From positions 16,829,651-16,893,650 of the forward strand of contig OZ316891.1 of NCBI GenBank assembly GCA_973895155.1: a DNA stretch of 64,000 nt, written 5' to 3'. Origin of the DNA: Marsupella aquatica (Eukaryota; Plantae; Marchantiophyta). How positions within the stretch are numbered: the first letter of the stretch is position 1; each line of letters opens with the position of its first letter. The notes beneath the pieces were generated by a model. The model was given only the letters and a program-made list of their open reading frames with translations, had not been told where the DNA came from and made no database searches. Shown piece after piece: positions 13,812 to 26,700 of this stretch. A program made the position numbers and the translations under genes.

Positions 13812-16304
13812 TGTGACGTCGCCCGTACGGTGGGTAATGAGTGATTCGGCCTAACGACGCTTAGCATGCACATTAGGGGTATCTTAGGCCGTAATTATCA
13901 GCATAACGACAGTATTTAGGTAGCCATTATGAGTAGGAAATCATTAGTCAATAAGGGGCATTCGTGTTCGGGCTGGCGGCGGGTCGCCATTTGCACGCCC
14001 GGGTTGCGAGCGTGTAATGGGCCTCACCTTTCCCCCTCGGGTCCGTATAACAAACTTTGGGAGGCGGCCACTGACACGAGCTGACCCGGACCGGCGGAGT
14101 GGCCGGTACACTGCAAGCGTGAAAAGCTCGGCCTATAAGCGACGAGCAGGCATCGGGCGATCAACAAGCTCTCAGGGTATAAAAAGGGGGCCGATCCTTT
14201 GCAGTGCACCAGTTCTTCAGTCCACGCGCCAACTTCGACCCCAGTTCTCTCGCTTATCCTTAGTCGCCTTCTATCTTCTCTGAATGTCGCACACAATCCT
14301 TTCGAGTTTGGCCATACGATTCTGGACGCAGTTCCTGTCTATTGGAGGGCACTTGGCCGACTCATTGAAACACGCCAACCCGCGCCGATACAAAATCGAA
14401 CGCGAATACGAGAGAGCCATCCGCCTAGCAAGCCGCCACCACTATCTCCTTAACTTTGACTACCCATCCCAGAGTGAGCTTTATCGACCCAAAGAGATAT
14501 CAGGGTACTTCTTCGACGAAGGCAAATATATCGGCTTCTAGGAGGCACTGCTTTGGCTCCCGAACGAGGTCTTCAATATCCTAGGCACGATCGACTTACA
14601 ACGGCACCACTTCGACCACATCCCCGCTCGGGTCCGGGACATCATCAACAGTGAGTCCAGCACTACCCAGTCTACAAGGGCGTCTACACTTGCTTCAGAA
14701 AACCTCTACCGGCATCTGCAGAATTTCATGGCAACCGTACCATTGACCACCGGTGCCAGCCCAGCTGTGCCCGTGCCCGCACCAGCACCAGCTCAGGATC
14801 AGGCTCAGGCTCCGCCTCAGCCTAGCCAAACCCCGCCACCAGTCTCCCCGCCCATACAGGTGAGATCCGTTGTCAATGCTGTAGATCTCAGCGACGACAA
14901 AGAGGCTACGTTACCCCTGTTCAGGCGGCCCAGAGGAGCTCGCACTCAAGGAGCTGGGACTACATCGCCCCCTCCCCAGGCCCGGACCCGAGTAGCGGCT
15001 CCAGCAGACAACACGGTGACCGTAGCCGCCCCGGCCCCAATACTAACGGTGATGGCACTACCTATACCCGATCAAGAAGATGGGGAGGTGTCACCCTTCC
15101 CAAGCCAATCTTGGGGAAAGAAGAGGAAGGAAACCGCAGCTGTATCCGGGTTACCCATGGCCATGGTAGCCGCGGCCAAGGTGACAATGCACCGCATGGG
15201 GGAGAACGTGCATTAGAACATCCTCCACCCCAAACATGCGGTGTACTTGAAGATTCAGGGGTTCAAGCACCTCGCCTCTCTCCCTTGGAACACCTGCAAG
15301 TACTACAAGGAGGACATGACAAAGTTCGTCAAGAATTATGATGATGTCCGTCAGCATACTCGGCTACGGGGGAGGAATATGTCCCTCACAGAAGAGCGAC
15401 TCAAGATGATCTTTGGGCTACCCAAGGGTGATCACCAGGTTGAATCACGGGCTCCCAGGGGCAAAGGAGCCAAGTACCAATCCTCGAGTTTTCCCCCCAA
15501 GGGGTCAGTGGACAACGGGTTTGTGATGAGGACTTGCCTCATCCCCGAAATAGCCGAGCGGCTGGAGTTCCAAAGGTATGCCCTCCACATGATGGAACCC
15601 CGGGGCAAGATCTCCGCTGCCTAGGTTATCCAAGTCGAGAACTATCGACCTAGGAAGTGGGCGTCGTACTTCGCTAAGAAGTTCCATGAAGAGATGGAGC
15701 AACGAAGGAAGGCGCTATACATTGGTGGGAAGGCGTATTTTGCGAGCCACATCAAGATCATTCTTGAGTGGTACACCCAATTTGATCGACGAACCCTTCC
15801 CCGGGTCAACGTAACTAAGTTGGTCCCAGCTAGGTGGGTCTTCCCGGCCCTGGACAAACGGCCCCAACCCGAGGCCCAAAGTCTGGCGGCCATGCAGGCC
15901 TCACCCACCCCACCTCCACAAGTAGCGTAGCCGTAGCCATGGCCAAAGTGGTACCTTAGACGCAAAGTGGTGGACCTCGTTACCCAGCGCCCTCACCAAT
16001 CCCAGCACTTGCGCCTAAGTGCCCTTGGTGCCCGAATGCCTCCATGGAATACCTCGAGCAAGCTTCCAAGTGCCTCTAGCACCACCTGCGGCCACTCCCA
16101 TACAAAGCCGCACTTGCTCACCTACACGACCGCTACTCAACGGTCCTCACTGTCTGCACAAGCAACCAAGCACCTTGGTAAGTAACCCCACCGGATCTAG
16201 AACTCGTCAAGTCTAGCATCCTAACTCAAGCTCAACAGACGTTGGTAAATAGGTCAGCGATAGGTCCTCCCAATGCCATAAGCCGGAACCAGAACCCACG
16301 CCCA
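13812..16304 (+). mobile_element. Element A1: left part of an ORF-bearing solo-LTR-like element, interrupted by CACTA copy 1
   Basis: Starts TGTGACG and is colinear with A2 (23775 onward) to ~15930. TATAAAAAGGGG at ~14178. Region 15940-16304 does not align with A2. Confidence 0.8.
14284..15930 (+). pseudogene. Family A protein, copy 1, with in-frame stops
   Basis: MSHTILSS... is homologous to 24241-25905, with premature TAG/stop codons at ~14539, 15214 and 15622. Confidence 0.85.
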
Positions 16305-16759
16305 CACTGGAAGAAACCGGGCCATTCTGAGACCCTGCCTTAAGTGACTCGCTTGAGACCTTCCATATTTTGTGACTCCTAGGTTGTTGGTGTCATTTTT
16401 GTTACAAGTTGTTGACTGAGTTTTGGAGAATTCTTGGGAAGTCATATTCCTAACTATGGTGGAAGTTACAACTATAACTAAGTTCAGCCAACAAGAATGA
16501 AGTTTGTTAAGTCACTCCCTCTACAATAGAGCTTTATACATGCAAGAGAACTTTAGGGTTAACACCACAATCTAATCCCATTTGACCTCGCCCAACACAT
16601 AGCATTCGGGATATATCCTAATTTCTTAGTCCCTTTAAACACATTTGAAAATTAGGACTAAATTAAGGGAATGCCCTGGCAATTAATATTGTGCGAGTGC
16701 GTACATAGCGATACAAGGTAAGTAATCTACCAGGTAAATTAAAGGTACTTGGTCTAGGC

Positions 16760-16785
16760 TAGGGTTTTAGGGTTTAGGGTTTAGG
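16760..16785 (+). repeat. Short interstitial TTTAGGG-type telomeric repeat inside CACTA copy 1
   Basis: tagggttttagggtttagggtttagg. Confidence 0.6.
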
Positions 16786-16832
16786 CCGGGTATGTGCATG
16801 CCAAAAGTTTACAAGTGTTACAACATAAAAAC

Positions 16833-19800
16833 TGTTGTAACTCATACCTGAGTTAAGTCTACCTTTGGGATAACTACCTATGTAACTACCCTAACTACTT
16901 AGGCCGTAGCCACATGTACATATCCTACCAAGAGTAAAGATGGAACCAACTCTTTGTCTCATTTATCCCACAACACGTTATCAGCACTTTGTCTCACCAG
17001 CGGAGCGGAGAGAAGAGAACAGGTTATGGCGATTAAAATCTGAAAACGCTTGGGAAGAGAAGAAGAAGAGAGATCGAACAAGAGAGCACTCTTTAGAAAA
17101 TCGGACATAGAAATTCATAAGGCATTCGAGAGGAATCGATAAGGACAGCAAGAACAGAAGCAGCATTCCCCTCCAGGGTGAAAAGGATAAGAAGAGCAAG
17201 ACGACAGCAATAGAGAGAAGACGATCAAAAAGCAAAAAGAAGAATTCGATTAGGACATTGCGACCTCATAGGGACAGGCCTTGCTCGATAGCCAATGATA
17301 GCCGCACGGGATGCAGCTATCTTGGAGTGAAATTCGGCTATCACAGAGAGAATAGCTGCATATGAGGAGAGAAACGCTGCCCTCCTGCTATGTGACGTAG
17401 CTTACGCTTAAGAATGGTTCAAACGATAGATACTGGAGCAGTAATGGCTCAAATCGTACTAGTTGTGATTTCAAAGCTGTATGCTAGAGAAAGATTGACA
17501 TGTAATTTACCTCAAGACCAAGCTGCGTGATTAGAGCCTGGACATGGTCAGCTTTCTCGGAGTGCAAAAGCTTCGTGGGGAGGCGCATCTCAGCAGCGAA
17601 CATGAAGGTCTCAGTAACTGTTAGAAAGGGGAAGAGAAGGTCTTCCTGCATCACGTACGCGCTATTGCGCTTGATATAGCTGCCGGTCACCTGCTGCCCA
17701 TCTAGCCGCACTGTCTCGCCCAGACTCCGTTGCTCAATGCGGCCGGCCAGAGCATCCAGGAAGGTGGACTTGCCAGCACCGCTCGGTCCCATGATTCCTG
17801 TCAATTGGCCTCTGATAGCCTTTCCCAAAATCCCTTGCAGAAGGTCGATGGGATAGGACTCCCATTTTCCATCGATCTTCTCCTGCTTGACGACAGTGTA
17901 CGTGAGATCTTCAAACTCGAGGCCCAATTCAGCGGTAAATCTTGTCGGCTCTGCACCTTGAATGGCTTCAGCATTCGGTACTCCAAAATTGAGTTCTCTG
18001 TCGCCGCTACGGGACGGCACCTTGTCGATGTCCTCCAGGACAGTTTTCAGCGTCTTCCTGTCATCCTGCCAATGATTCATATTTCGAAGTGCTCAATCGG
18101 ATCCGAAGCAAAATAAAATAAAATGCTGCCAAGGTGCTTCGATCCTGAAGACCTTCCAAAAACACCTTACGGTGTCATTCCACAAGCTATCGAGTCTGAG
18201 ATCAAATAGTTTGTGGCGACAACATCAGAGACTTAAATTAACAGGCGCAAAATGTTTTGGTTTCGGGGGCCAAGTGAGGCACACTGGGCGTTTACCGAGA
18301 TGATACATGGTTATACTGACGCGTCTGCACGAGTTCCACATTTGAAGTATATAATACTGTTGTATTTTGTAAGTTCATGGAGATCTGCGTTTTGGAACGA
18401 GTCATCAGACCTCCTAATTCCAGTCCGTGAAGGCGACCTCATACGGAAGATTGATTCATAAGGAACACCCATACGCCTAATTCCCAATTGAAAAGATAGG
18501 AGGAGAGAAGACGCTACAAAAATCGAACGCAGATCGTGAGCAAGGCAGGCAGCATCGCGAACATATAAAGATAGTCCATGATCGAACGCGAAGGGAGAAA
18601 CTGAAAACTTTGAAGGAAAGAATGCGAGACAGAGGAGAGAAACAATAAGCACCAAAACCAAGGAGGATAAATCCAAGAACATTGAAGGAAGCACAAACCC
18701 GAAAAAGCAAAGAGAGAACGTGAGGAACGCCAGGAGAGAGAAGGACGTCCAGTGCAGATGGAGATCGTGGTACAAGCTAAAGACGAGACGCCGGGCAAAG
18801 GAGGCAAACAAAGAGAAGCCATCAAACCAAAGGAAAGTCCTCCACCTTTTCTTCTAAGAAGACCATTTTACACTAAGGAATGGAGAACTAAAGAACAAAG
18901 AGACTTTCTCTTCAAAAGGAAAGAAAAACCAAACAACAAAGCATGAAGTAAGGACATAAAGAAAGAAGCTCAAGTACAGAACCTACATGGCGACAAATGA
19001 TGATTACTTCCACCAATTAATTTCATAAATTCAGGGGGAGATATTTTTCCCAGGGGTGCCTACTACACATAAAAGCCCTGTGCCTACTGCACATGGAAGC
19101 AAATGGGTGCCTACTGCACAGCCAGCCAGAAAGGAAAAATATTTGACAAATTGAGGGGGAGACCTCAAGCAAGACTTGCCTCCCAGAAATTTAACCCATG
19201 GGATGTGCCTACCGCACAAGTGCTTTTCACAACAATCAATATTTAAAAAAAATGGAACTACATTCCATGAGTTAGAAGCATATGGCCAAATTATGAAAAA
19301 TGCATTAAATCACCAATATTGGATGACATGTCATGACGACTTAAATTGGAAATATCAAAGACCCCACATCATTCCATAATAAGGTATCATATGATCATAT
19401 GAAGTATGGTATCACATTACAAGGTACTATCAGGTGAGGTATGACTTGGTAAGGCACCATGACAGATGGTACGCTATACCTTGATAGGAAATCCCTATGA
19501 TATATGAGACCTAGGATTGGACACTCCAAACGATTCCAAGGCCAACGGATTTCAATCAACCATATCATCTTCATTATGAACTAATACCTTGTTTTTTCCT
19601 TGCATGTAATCTATGACCATTGAGGAATCTTCATTGCCTGACCGGGAAGAGACGAAAGACACAAAACAGCATCAACTTTGCTAACACCAACCAAGGAGGA
19701 TCTTCAACAAGCCTATAGTGTTGACAAACACCTTAAGAGACTTTGTAAAAATTACACATACACTATATGCTTAAACCCAATTATGTTACACCCATGGGGA

Positions 19801-20200
19801 TGGTAATACTCTTTCCTCCCACAAAGAAAGTAGGGGAGGTTTTAATGAGGTTACATCCCCCACTTATACTTTACCATGCAACATGAATTATAAGACATCT
19901 ATTAGGAGAAGCTTTACATTCATTTATAATAAACTTGAGATGGCTACACCATTTATAAAATAGGCTAGACATAAAAAAAACCTATTGTATACCACTGAGT
20001 ATGCCCAAAGTAGACTCTTGATTGTAACATTTAAACCCCAATGTTACAAAGGGGGAGTGTTGTAACTCATACCTGAGTTAAGTCTACCTTTGGGATAACT
20101 ACCTATGTAACTACCCTAACTACTTAGGCCGTAGCCACATGTACATATCCTACCAAGAGTAAAGATGGAACCAACTCTTTGTCTCATTTATCCCACAACA
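16833..20200 (+). mobile_element. Non-autonomous Ty1/copia-type LTR element (Bianca-like, TRIM/SMART size), 3368 bp, young
   Basis: Two identical 143-bp LTRs (16833-16975, 20058-20200; TGTTG..CAACA). Perfect AAAAC TSD (16828-16832, 20201-20205). PBS CGTTATCAGCAC at 16976, PPT AAAGGGGGAG at 20048-20057. No gag/pol visible. Confidence 0.95.
17511..18080 (-). pseudogene. Captured first exon of a half-size ABCG transporter, STR/STR2-like
   Basis: 190 open codons: GLEFEDLTYTVVKQEKIDGKW, Walker A GPSGAGKSTFLDALAGRI, Q-loop AYVMQEDLLFPFLTV..TFMFAAE.RL. Ends LGLE followed by a GTAAAT donor. No downstream exons. Confidence 0.85.
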
Positions 20201-23200
20201 AAAACAAATTATTCAGTAGTGTTGTGGAAGATGTGCCACTAGCTAGGGTCCCACACTGGCATGCATGTAATCTTAATTGGCCTCATTTTTTTGTCTAAAT
20301 GGATGGCTTTGAAGTTAGAATTTCATGTTATCTCTAACTCTCATTAGTGGTCTAACCTTTGTTGCTAAAGCCCATGTGTGTGTGCAACTAGCAAGCTCAA
20401 GGGCTTGCCTTAATGGAACAGGGGCTTAGGGGTGTCGGAATGGGTCGGTGTAGCTTCGGGTTTCCAGCAGTTCTGCTACTAAGTGTGGGTTCAGGCGTTT
20501 AGTCAGTGTGCGCAGGTCCTTACTAGCAAAGTGCGCCCGTTTGTGAAGCAAACCCTCTTGAGTATTTGCTTCCATAATCCGCAGCCAAAAACAAGAATTC
20601 TGGAGGGAAGCAAGGAAGCAATCGCAGTTTTGGTCCACAACTTGACGGGAGTGTTGAAGGTTTAGGGTGAGGAACAGCGGAGAGCTCATTGCTTGGTGGC
20701 AGGGTTGAAGGTCGTCGGCATATTGTGGAGGTTTAACGAAGTGGGGAGCAAGGTGGATCATCGGGCCGCTCATTGCTTGGTGGCAGGGTTCAAGGTTTAG
20801 GGTCGATTGTGGAGGTATGTTCATTGTGTGAGGTGGATAGGGTGGCCGCATTTTAGGTTCGTGGAGGACATCGTTTCGCCCGCATTTGCACTGTTGTTGT
20901 TGCGGATTGCTGCACAGCTTGTTTTGTGACAGCGGCTTGGTTTGGTTTGGCCCAGGTAAGGCTGCAATCCCCTATCTTTGATATGTGACCTCGTGGCTGC
21001 AAGTTTAGTTGTCTCCCCACGGTCTTTTAAGCTTGCTGTCCATAGCTTACTGTCAGCATTGGAATATCAACCTAGCGAGCGTTGGAAGAGCGCTCAATCA
21101 AGAAGGGAAGCAATCACGCTGATACCTATGAGCTGGGAGAGCTCAGAGAGTCGACTTGCAAAGCTTGTAGTTGCGGACTCTGTTTCAGGCGCTCTTGTGT
21201 TCAGGATTGAGGCCGTTGCGAGCTTCAGTCTGGAGGTGTTAGAGATTGCTTTATCTGCGGAGTACCTCAGGGAGATAGCCGACAGATTTTGGTCCAAGCA
21301 TTGCACAAAGGATTGCGCCCAAGAGTGTGGGATAGTCCCGGGAGCGCGGCCCATCCTAGAGCGTCCTGTCAGTTCAAGGTAAGTTTTCAATGTTTTTGAT
21401 TGCTTTTGTCGCCATGCCCTTTCAATTTCTTAAGTCAGACAACGGGAAGCAAGATGTTTGTATTGTTGAAAGAACGGGAGCGGGCTCCAGACCTGAGACA
21501 TTGGAGTTTCTAGTCTGGCCTTTGAGTGACTTGCGCTGAGCTTCTACTGTGGCTTTTGAGGTTGACTGATCGAGCTGCATTGACTAAGCTAAACTGAACT
21601 ACTACATTTAGTTAATACTCACTGATCAACCTACTGAGCTGCCGTTGGGAGTTGGAGGTTGTGTTGTGCTCATCTTTGGAGGCGGGAGGTGAAATGCCAT
21701 AGCTCTCCCTGTTCTGTCCTCGTGCTTCACTACTTGTATTTAGGTGTTTTTATCAGTTTCAGAGGGGAGGTTATTGTATCTGCAAGCTGTTGGTGAGCTA
21801 AGCAGCCGCTGTGTGTAGGTTTAAGGAGTTGCGCGTGCGAGCTGACGACTTGGACCTGAGGCATCAATCTTTTGAGGGAGCTTGGAGTGGAAGCCGACAA
21901 CTTGGAGCGGGACTTCAACTTGCTATTACTAGCTACCTTGGACAAAGGTGACAGTTAGTAGTGCAAAGGTGAGACTGAGTAGTTTTAGGGATTGACCATC
22001 TCAGTCGTCGTGATCGCTGCTCTCGTCTAGCGCTACATGGCAGATTGCTGCTCTGCCCTTTTGCCATGGGTCGCCGGCCTGCCGGATGCTATCAGCAAAT
22101 TAAGAACAAGTCATATCCTAAGTCCCGGTGTTGCAGTGGTGTCCCTGACCCTAAGATGCTTTCCAAAATCATCTTTCTCATTTCCTGCTGCTGCTAATGT
22201 ATGTATGTTCCCCTCTATTTTTGCTTACTGATTGGTCTCTCCACACTTCTTGCTTGACATGACTGTTTCGCTCCTCCCTGTATCAGAACATGCCTTGTGC
22301 CCCGTGCTTTGGCGGTGGGGTGGAGGGGTGAAGAGACGACCTTAAGGTCCACTAAATTTAGTCAAACCGTGCAATCATTCAGCTGATTTTAGCCGCAAGT
22401 TCCCTTGCTTTCCCCTATTTTTGCTAAGATCCCTCCCCACTAATCACATGCATCCTTTACTTTTCTCGATGGCCCGTGCGCCTGCCTTCCTACTTTCATT
22501 CTTATGGACTTTCCTTAGGTTTTCTTTCACCTGATTTTGGACTTTTTGCTCCGGTGGAATCTGTCTTGACAACTTGTGTTTGTTCTAATTGTTAATATCT
22601 CAAGAGGGCCGTCAACTAAGCTGAAAGGAGTCAAAGCTAACTACAAGCTAGCAAATAGGGAGAATGCTCCCAAGTCATTTTCCAGAGGGAAGTTATTAAA
22701 ACTAGACCTTCACAACTCTCGAAACTGGAAAGTGAAATTCAGCCTGAGACACGCAGCTGAAGGCCACAAGGATAACTATATGGCCACGCTGTCCCTCATT
22801 CAAGTCCAAAGTCCTCTTCAGATTGTCTGAACTCCTGTCTGAACTCCTGAACTGGATGAAGTCCTGTCTGAATGTGAAGTTCAGATTGGCAATCTCAAAT
22901 GGCAAGTTCTGAACTCTTGTCTGAACTTCATCCACCCTTCTAAACTGGGATTTGTGCTACGTGTATAGACTCCACATTGTTGCTTCTCCCTTTCGGGCCA
23001 GCCCTCCTTGTGAAACGTAGGAGCACGATCATGGCACTTACACATAGTCTGACATTCAAAAAATGCTACTTCTCAACAACATGTTTCGAGTAGTTTGCCT
23101 GTGTGTTGAGCCTAATTATTTGTTTATTGCTTTAGTAACATGCATGGCCAATTGGTTTCTCTTCATGTAAAGGCAAGTTTTTAAAACTTACAACTTGAAT

Positions 23201-23774
23201 TGGTAGTTTGAATTTAGTTAAGTGTTGAGAAATTAGCATTCACACTAACTATTTTTCTTTTGTGATTGAGTTCTCTTTGCTATTGAATGTATTGAATAAT
23301 TATTTCATCACATAAATTTTCAGAACAAACACGGAAGCACTAGGGGGCTGAGGATTGGATATTGAGGCTGAAGACATTGAGATAATAAATTGGGTGTGGT
23401 TCTGGTGACAATGTTAGCAACTGATGCTTCTTCAGGGGAACTTCCCATGTACAGTTTATCCACACATGATTGACTTTGGTTCAAGATTGTTGTTTTTCTT
23501 TTGGTGTACTCTTGAGTTTGTGTCACTCTATCCTTTCCTGTAGCCTCGAAATAGGAACACACCTGCTTAGTGGTCCCCAATTGCCCAATGATTTATAATG
23601 ACTGTGTCTAGGTGATGTATGCATTGCGTGTTCATTCCAGAAGAATGAATATGTACACTTTGCACAAACCTGGACAGATTTTGACTGTTATTTATCTGAG
23701 TTTCTGTTTGTGAGCTCTGACTTGGAGCCTTAACATTTGTGTTTCTGTGGGGCTGAGCAAAGTTTGTTCCATCT

Positions 23775-26700
23775 TGTGACGCCGCCGGTACGGCGGTTAA
23801 TGAGTGATTCAGTCTAACTGCGCTCGGCACGCGCGTTAGGTGGGTCTTAGGCCGCTATTATTAGCATAACAACAGTATTTAGGTAATCATTAGGGGTAGG
23901 ACATCATTAGGCAATAAGGGGGACTTCAGGTTCGGGCTGGCGGCGGGTCGCTATTCGCACACCCGGGCTACGAGCGTGGAAGGGCCCCTCCCTCGGGTCC
24001 GTATAACGAACTTAAGGAAGCGGCCACTAACGCACGCTGACTCGGACCGGCGGAGTGGCCGGTACACCACAAGCGTGAGCGGTTCAGCCTATGGGCGTCG
24101 AGGAGACATCGGGGATCGACAAGCCCTCAAAGTATAAAAGGGGAGCCAACCCTTTGTAGTGCACCAGTCCATCAGTCTGCGCGCCAGCTTCGACCCCAGC
24201 TCTCTCGTTCTCTCTAGGTCGCCACTACTATCTCCTCTGAATGTCGCACACGATCCTCTCTAGCTCGGCCATTCGATTCTGGACGCAGTTCCTATCTACC
24301 GGAAGGCACTTGGCCGATTCATTGAAACATGCCAACCCGCACCGATACGAAATCGAATGCGAATACGAGAGAGCCATCCGCCTAGCAGGACGACACCACT
24401 ACATCCTTAACTTTGACTACCCATCTCAGAGCGAGCTTTACCGACCAGCAGAGGTATCTGGGTACTTCTTCAACGGAGACAAATATATCGGGTTCTGGGA
24501 AGCATTGCTTCGGCTTCCGGACGAGGTCTTCAACATCCCGGGTACAATCGACCTGCAGCGACATCACTTTGACCACATCCCTGCCCAGGTTCGGGCTGTC
24601 ATTAACGGCGAGTCCAGTACCAACCGTTTGACAAGGGCGTCCGCACTCGCTTCGGAGAACTTCTACCAGCACCTGCAGAGCTTCATGGGAACTCGGCCAT
24701 CGACCAACATGACCAACTCAGCCGTGCCCGTACCCGTACTCGTGCCCGTGCAACCCCAGCCTCAACCTCAGGCTCAGCTTCAGCTTCAGCCTCAGCCGCA
24801 GCCTAGCCAAACCCCACCACCTATCACCCAGCCAGCACAGGTACGCTCCGTCATCAACGCTGTGGATCTTAGCGATGACGACGAGGCTACCCCACCCTTG
24901 ACCAGGCGGCCCAGAGGAACAGGCGCTCGGGGGGCCGACACTATATCGTCCCCACCCCCTGCTCTGACCCCAGGAGCGGCCCCAGCAGACAACATGGTGA
25001 CCGTGGCTGCCCCGGGCCCGTTACCAATGGCAGTGGCACTCCCCAGGCCCGATCGGGAGGATGGGGAAGTATCACCTTCCCCGAGTCAGTCACGGGGAAA
25101 GAAGAGGAAGGAATCCGCCACTGCATCCGGGTTACCGTTGGCCACGGTAGCCGTAGCCAAGGTGACGATGCACCGCATGGGGGAAAACGTTCACAGCAAC
25201 ATCCTCCATCCCAAGCATGCGGTGTACCTGAAGACTCAGGGATTTGAGCACCTCGCCTCTCTCCCCTGGAACACTTGCAGGTACTACGGGGAGGACATGA
25301 CAGAATTCGTCAAGAATTATGACGACATACGTCAACAGACTCGGCTGCGGGGAAGGAATATGTCCCTCACAGAAGAACGGCTCAAGATGATCTTCGGGTT
25401 ACCCGAAGGTGACCATCGAGTCGAATCACGGGCTCCCGGGGGCAAGGGGGCCAAGTACCAATCTTCAAGTTTTCCCTCAGAGGGAGCAGTAGACAACGGG
25501 TTCGTGATGAGGACCTGCCTCATGCCCGAGATAGCTGAGCGGCTGGAGTTCCAAAGGTACGCTCTCCACATGATGGAACCCCGGGGGGAGATCTCCGCCG
25601 CCCAGGTTATCCAGGTCGAGAACTATCGACCTAGGAAATGGGCGTCGTACTTCGCTAAGAAATTCCATGAAGAGATGGAGCGGCGAAGGAAGACGTTGTA
25701 CATTGGCGGGAAGGCGTATTTCGCTAGCCACATCGAAATCATTCTTGAGTGGTACGCCCGGTTTGATCGACGAACCCTTCCCCGCATCAACGTTACAAAG
25801 CTGGTCCCAGCTAGGTGGGTTTTTCCGGCATTGGAGAGACGGCCCCAACCCGAGGCCCGAAGTTCAGTGGACACGCCAGCTTCACCCACCCCACCTCCAC
25901 AAATAGCTGTAACCGTAACCGAGGAGGCGCCGGAGGGGTCGGTCGTCGCAACCGTTGATGCGACCCAACTAGCCGGGCTAAGTATAGAAGTTGGTACGGC
26001 AGAGGTCTTAACCCGGGTCTCCCAAGGACCCGCCGGTGGCAATTCCGGAGAACCGGACATCGCTGCAGGAGGACACTCCAGCCCCTTCCAACGTTATGTC
26101 CCCCGGGCTGGACGTCACTGCCCCGGCCCCTGCGCGTGTTGACGTCTGCCCGTGCCCAAATCCGGACAGGCACAACTTGGACCACCCGGAACTCTTCGTA
26201 CAGGGTACGTTCCTGAACGGGCTTCTGGGAGATTTCTCTCATCAAATTGCCCGGGATACCGGGGAGTTCATGGCCCGGAAGGTAGCCTGTTTCTTCAATC
26301 AGGAGTTGGTTGCCGCAGTAAAGGCAGGTCGGGCCCAGTCGGCGGCCCTTCAGAGGATAGAGCGGTACCGGGTGGAGTCCGTGTACCTAAAGAACGAAGT
26401 GGCGGCTCAAGAGGCTGAGCTTCTGCAACTACGACCCAAGGTTGCAGCCGCCGATGAGTTGTTAGCAAAGGCGCACGCTCTTACCGCCCTAGCCGAACAG
26501 GCCAAAGCTGGGAACGAGGCCGAGATTACACGACTCCGGAACCAGATTGACAGTTTGAAGACACAAGCTGTCACCTGGCAGAAAGACCTGGAGGAGGCCG
26601 AGGAGCGAGCCCAGCGGGACACGGCGGAGATAGCCACGCTGCAGGCCGAGATAGCGCGGCTCCAAACCGAGGCCGAGAAGCAGGATCAGCTGGCGGCTAA

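Noticed and set aside
18311-18946. Hydrophobic membrane-protein-like ORFs
   Set aside because: They are the antisense reading of low-complexity A/G-rich internal sequence of the LTR element, not the ABCG membrane domain.
20237-20250. CACTAGC as an alternative CACTA left end
   Set aside because: It does not match the family TIR; the 16305 terminus aligns with the copy 2 left end.
22576-22935. Short ORFs conserved in both CACTA copies (also 46045-46402)
   Set aside because: Conservation is explained by overall DNA identity; no recognisable domain, and the plus-strand frame is broken in copy 2.
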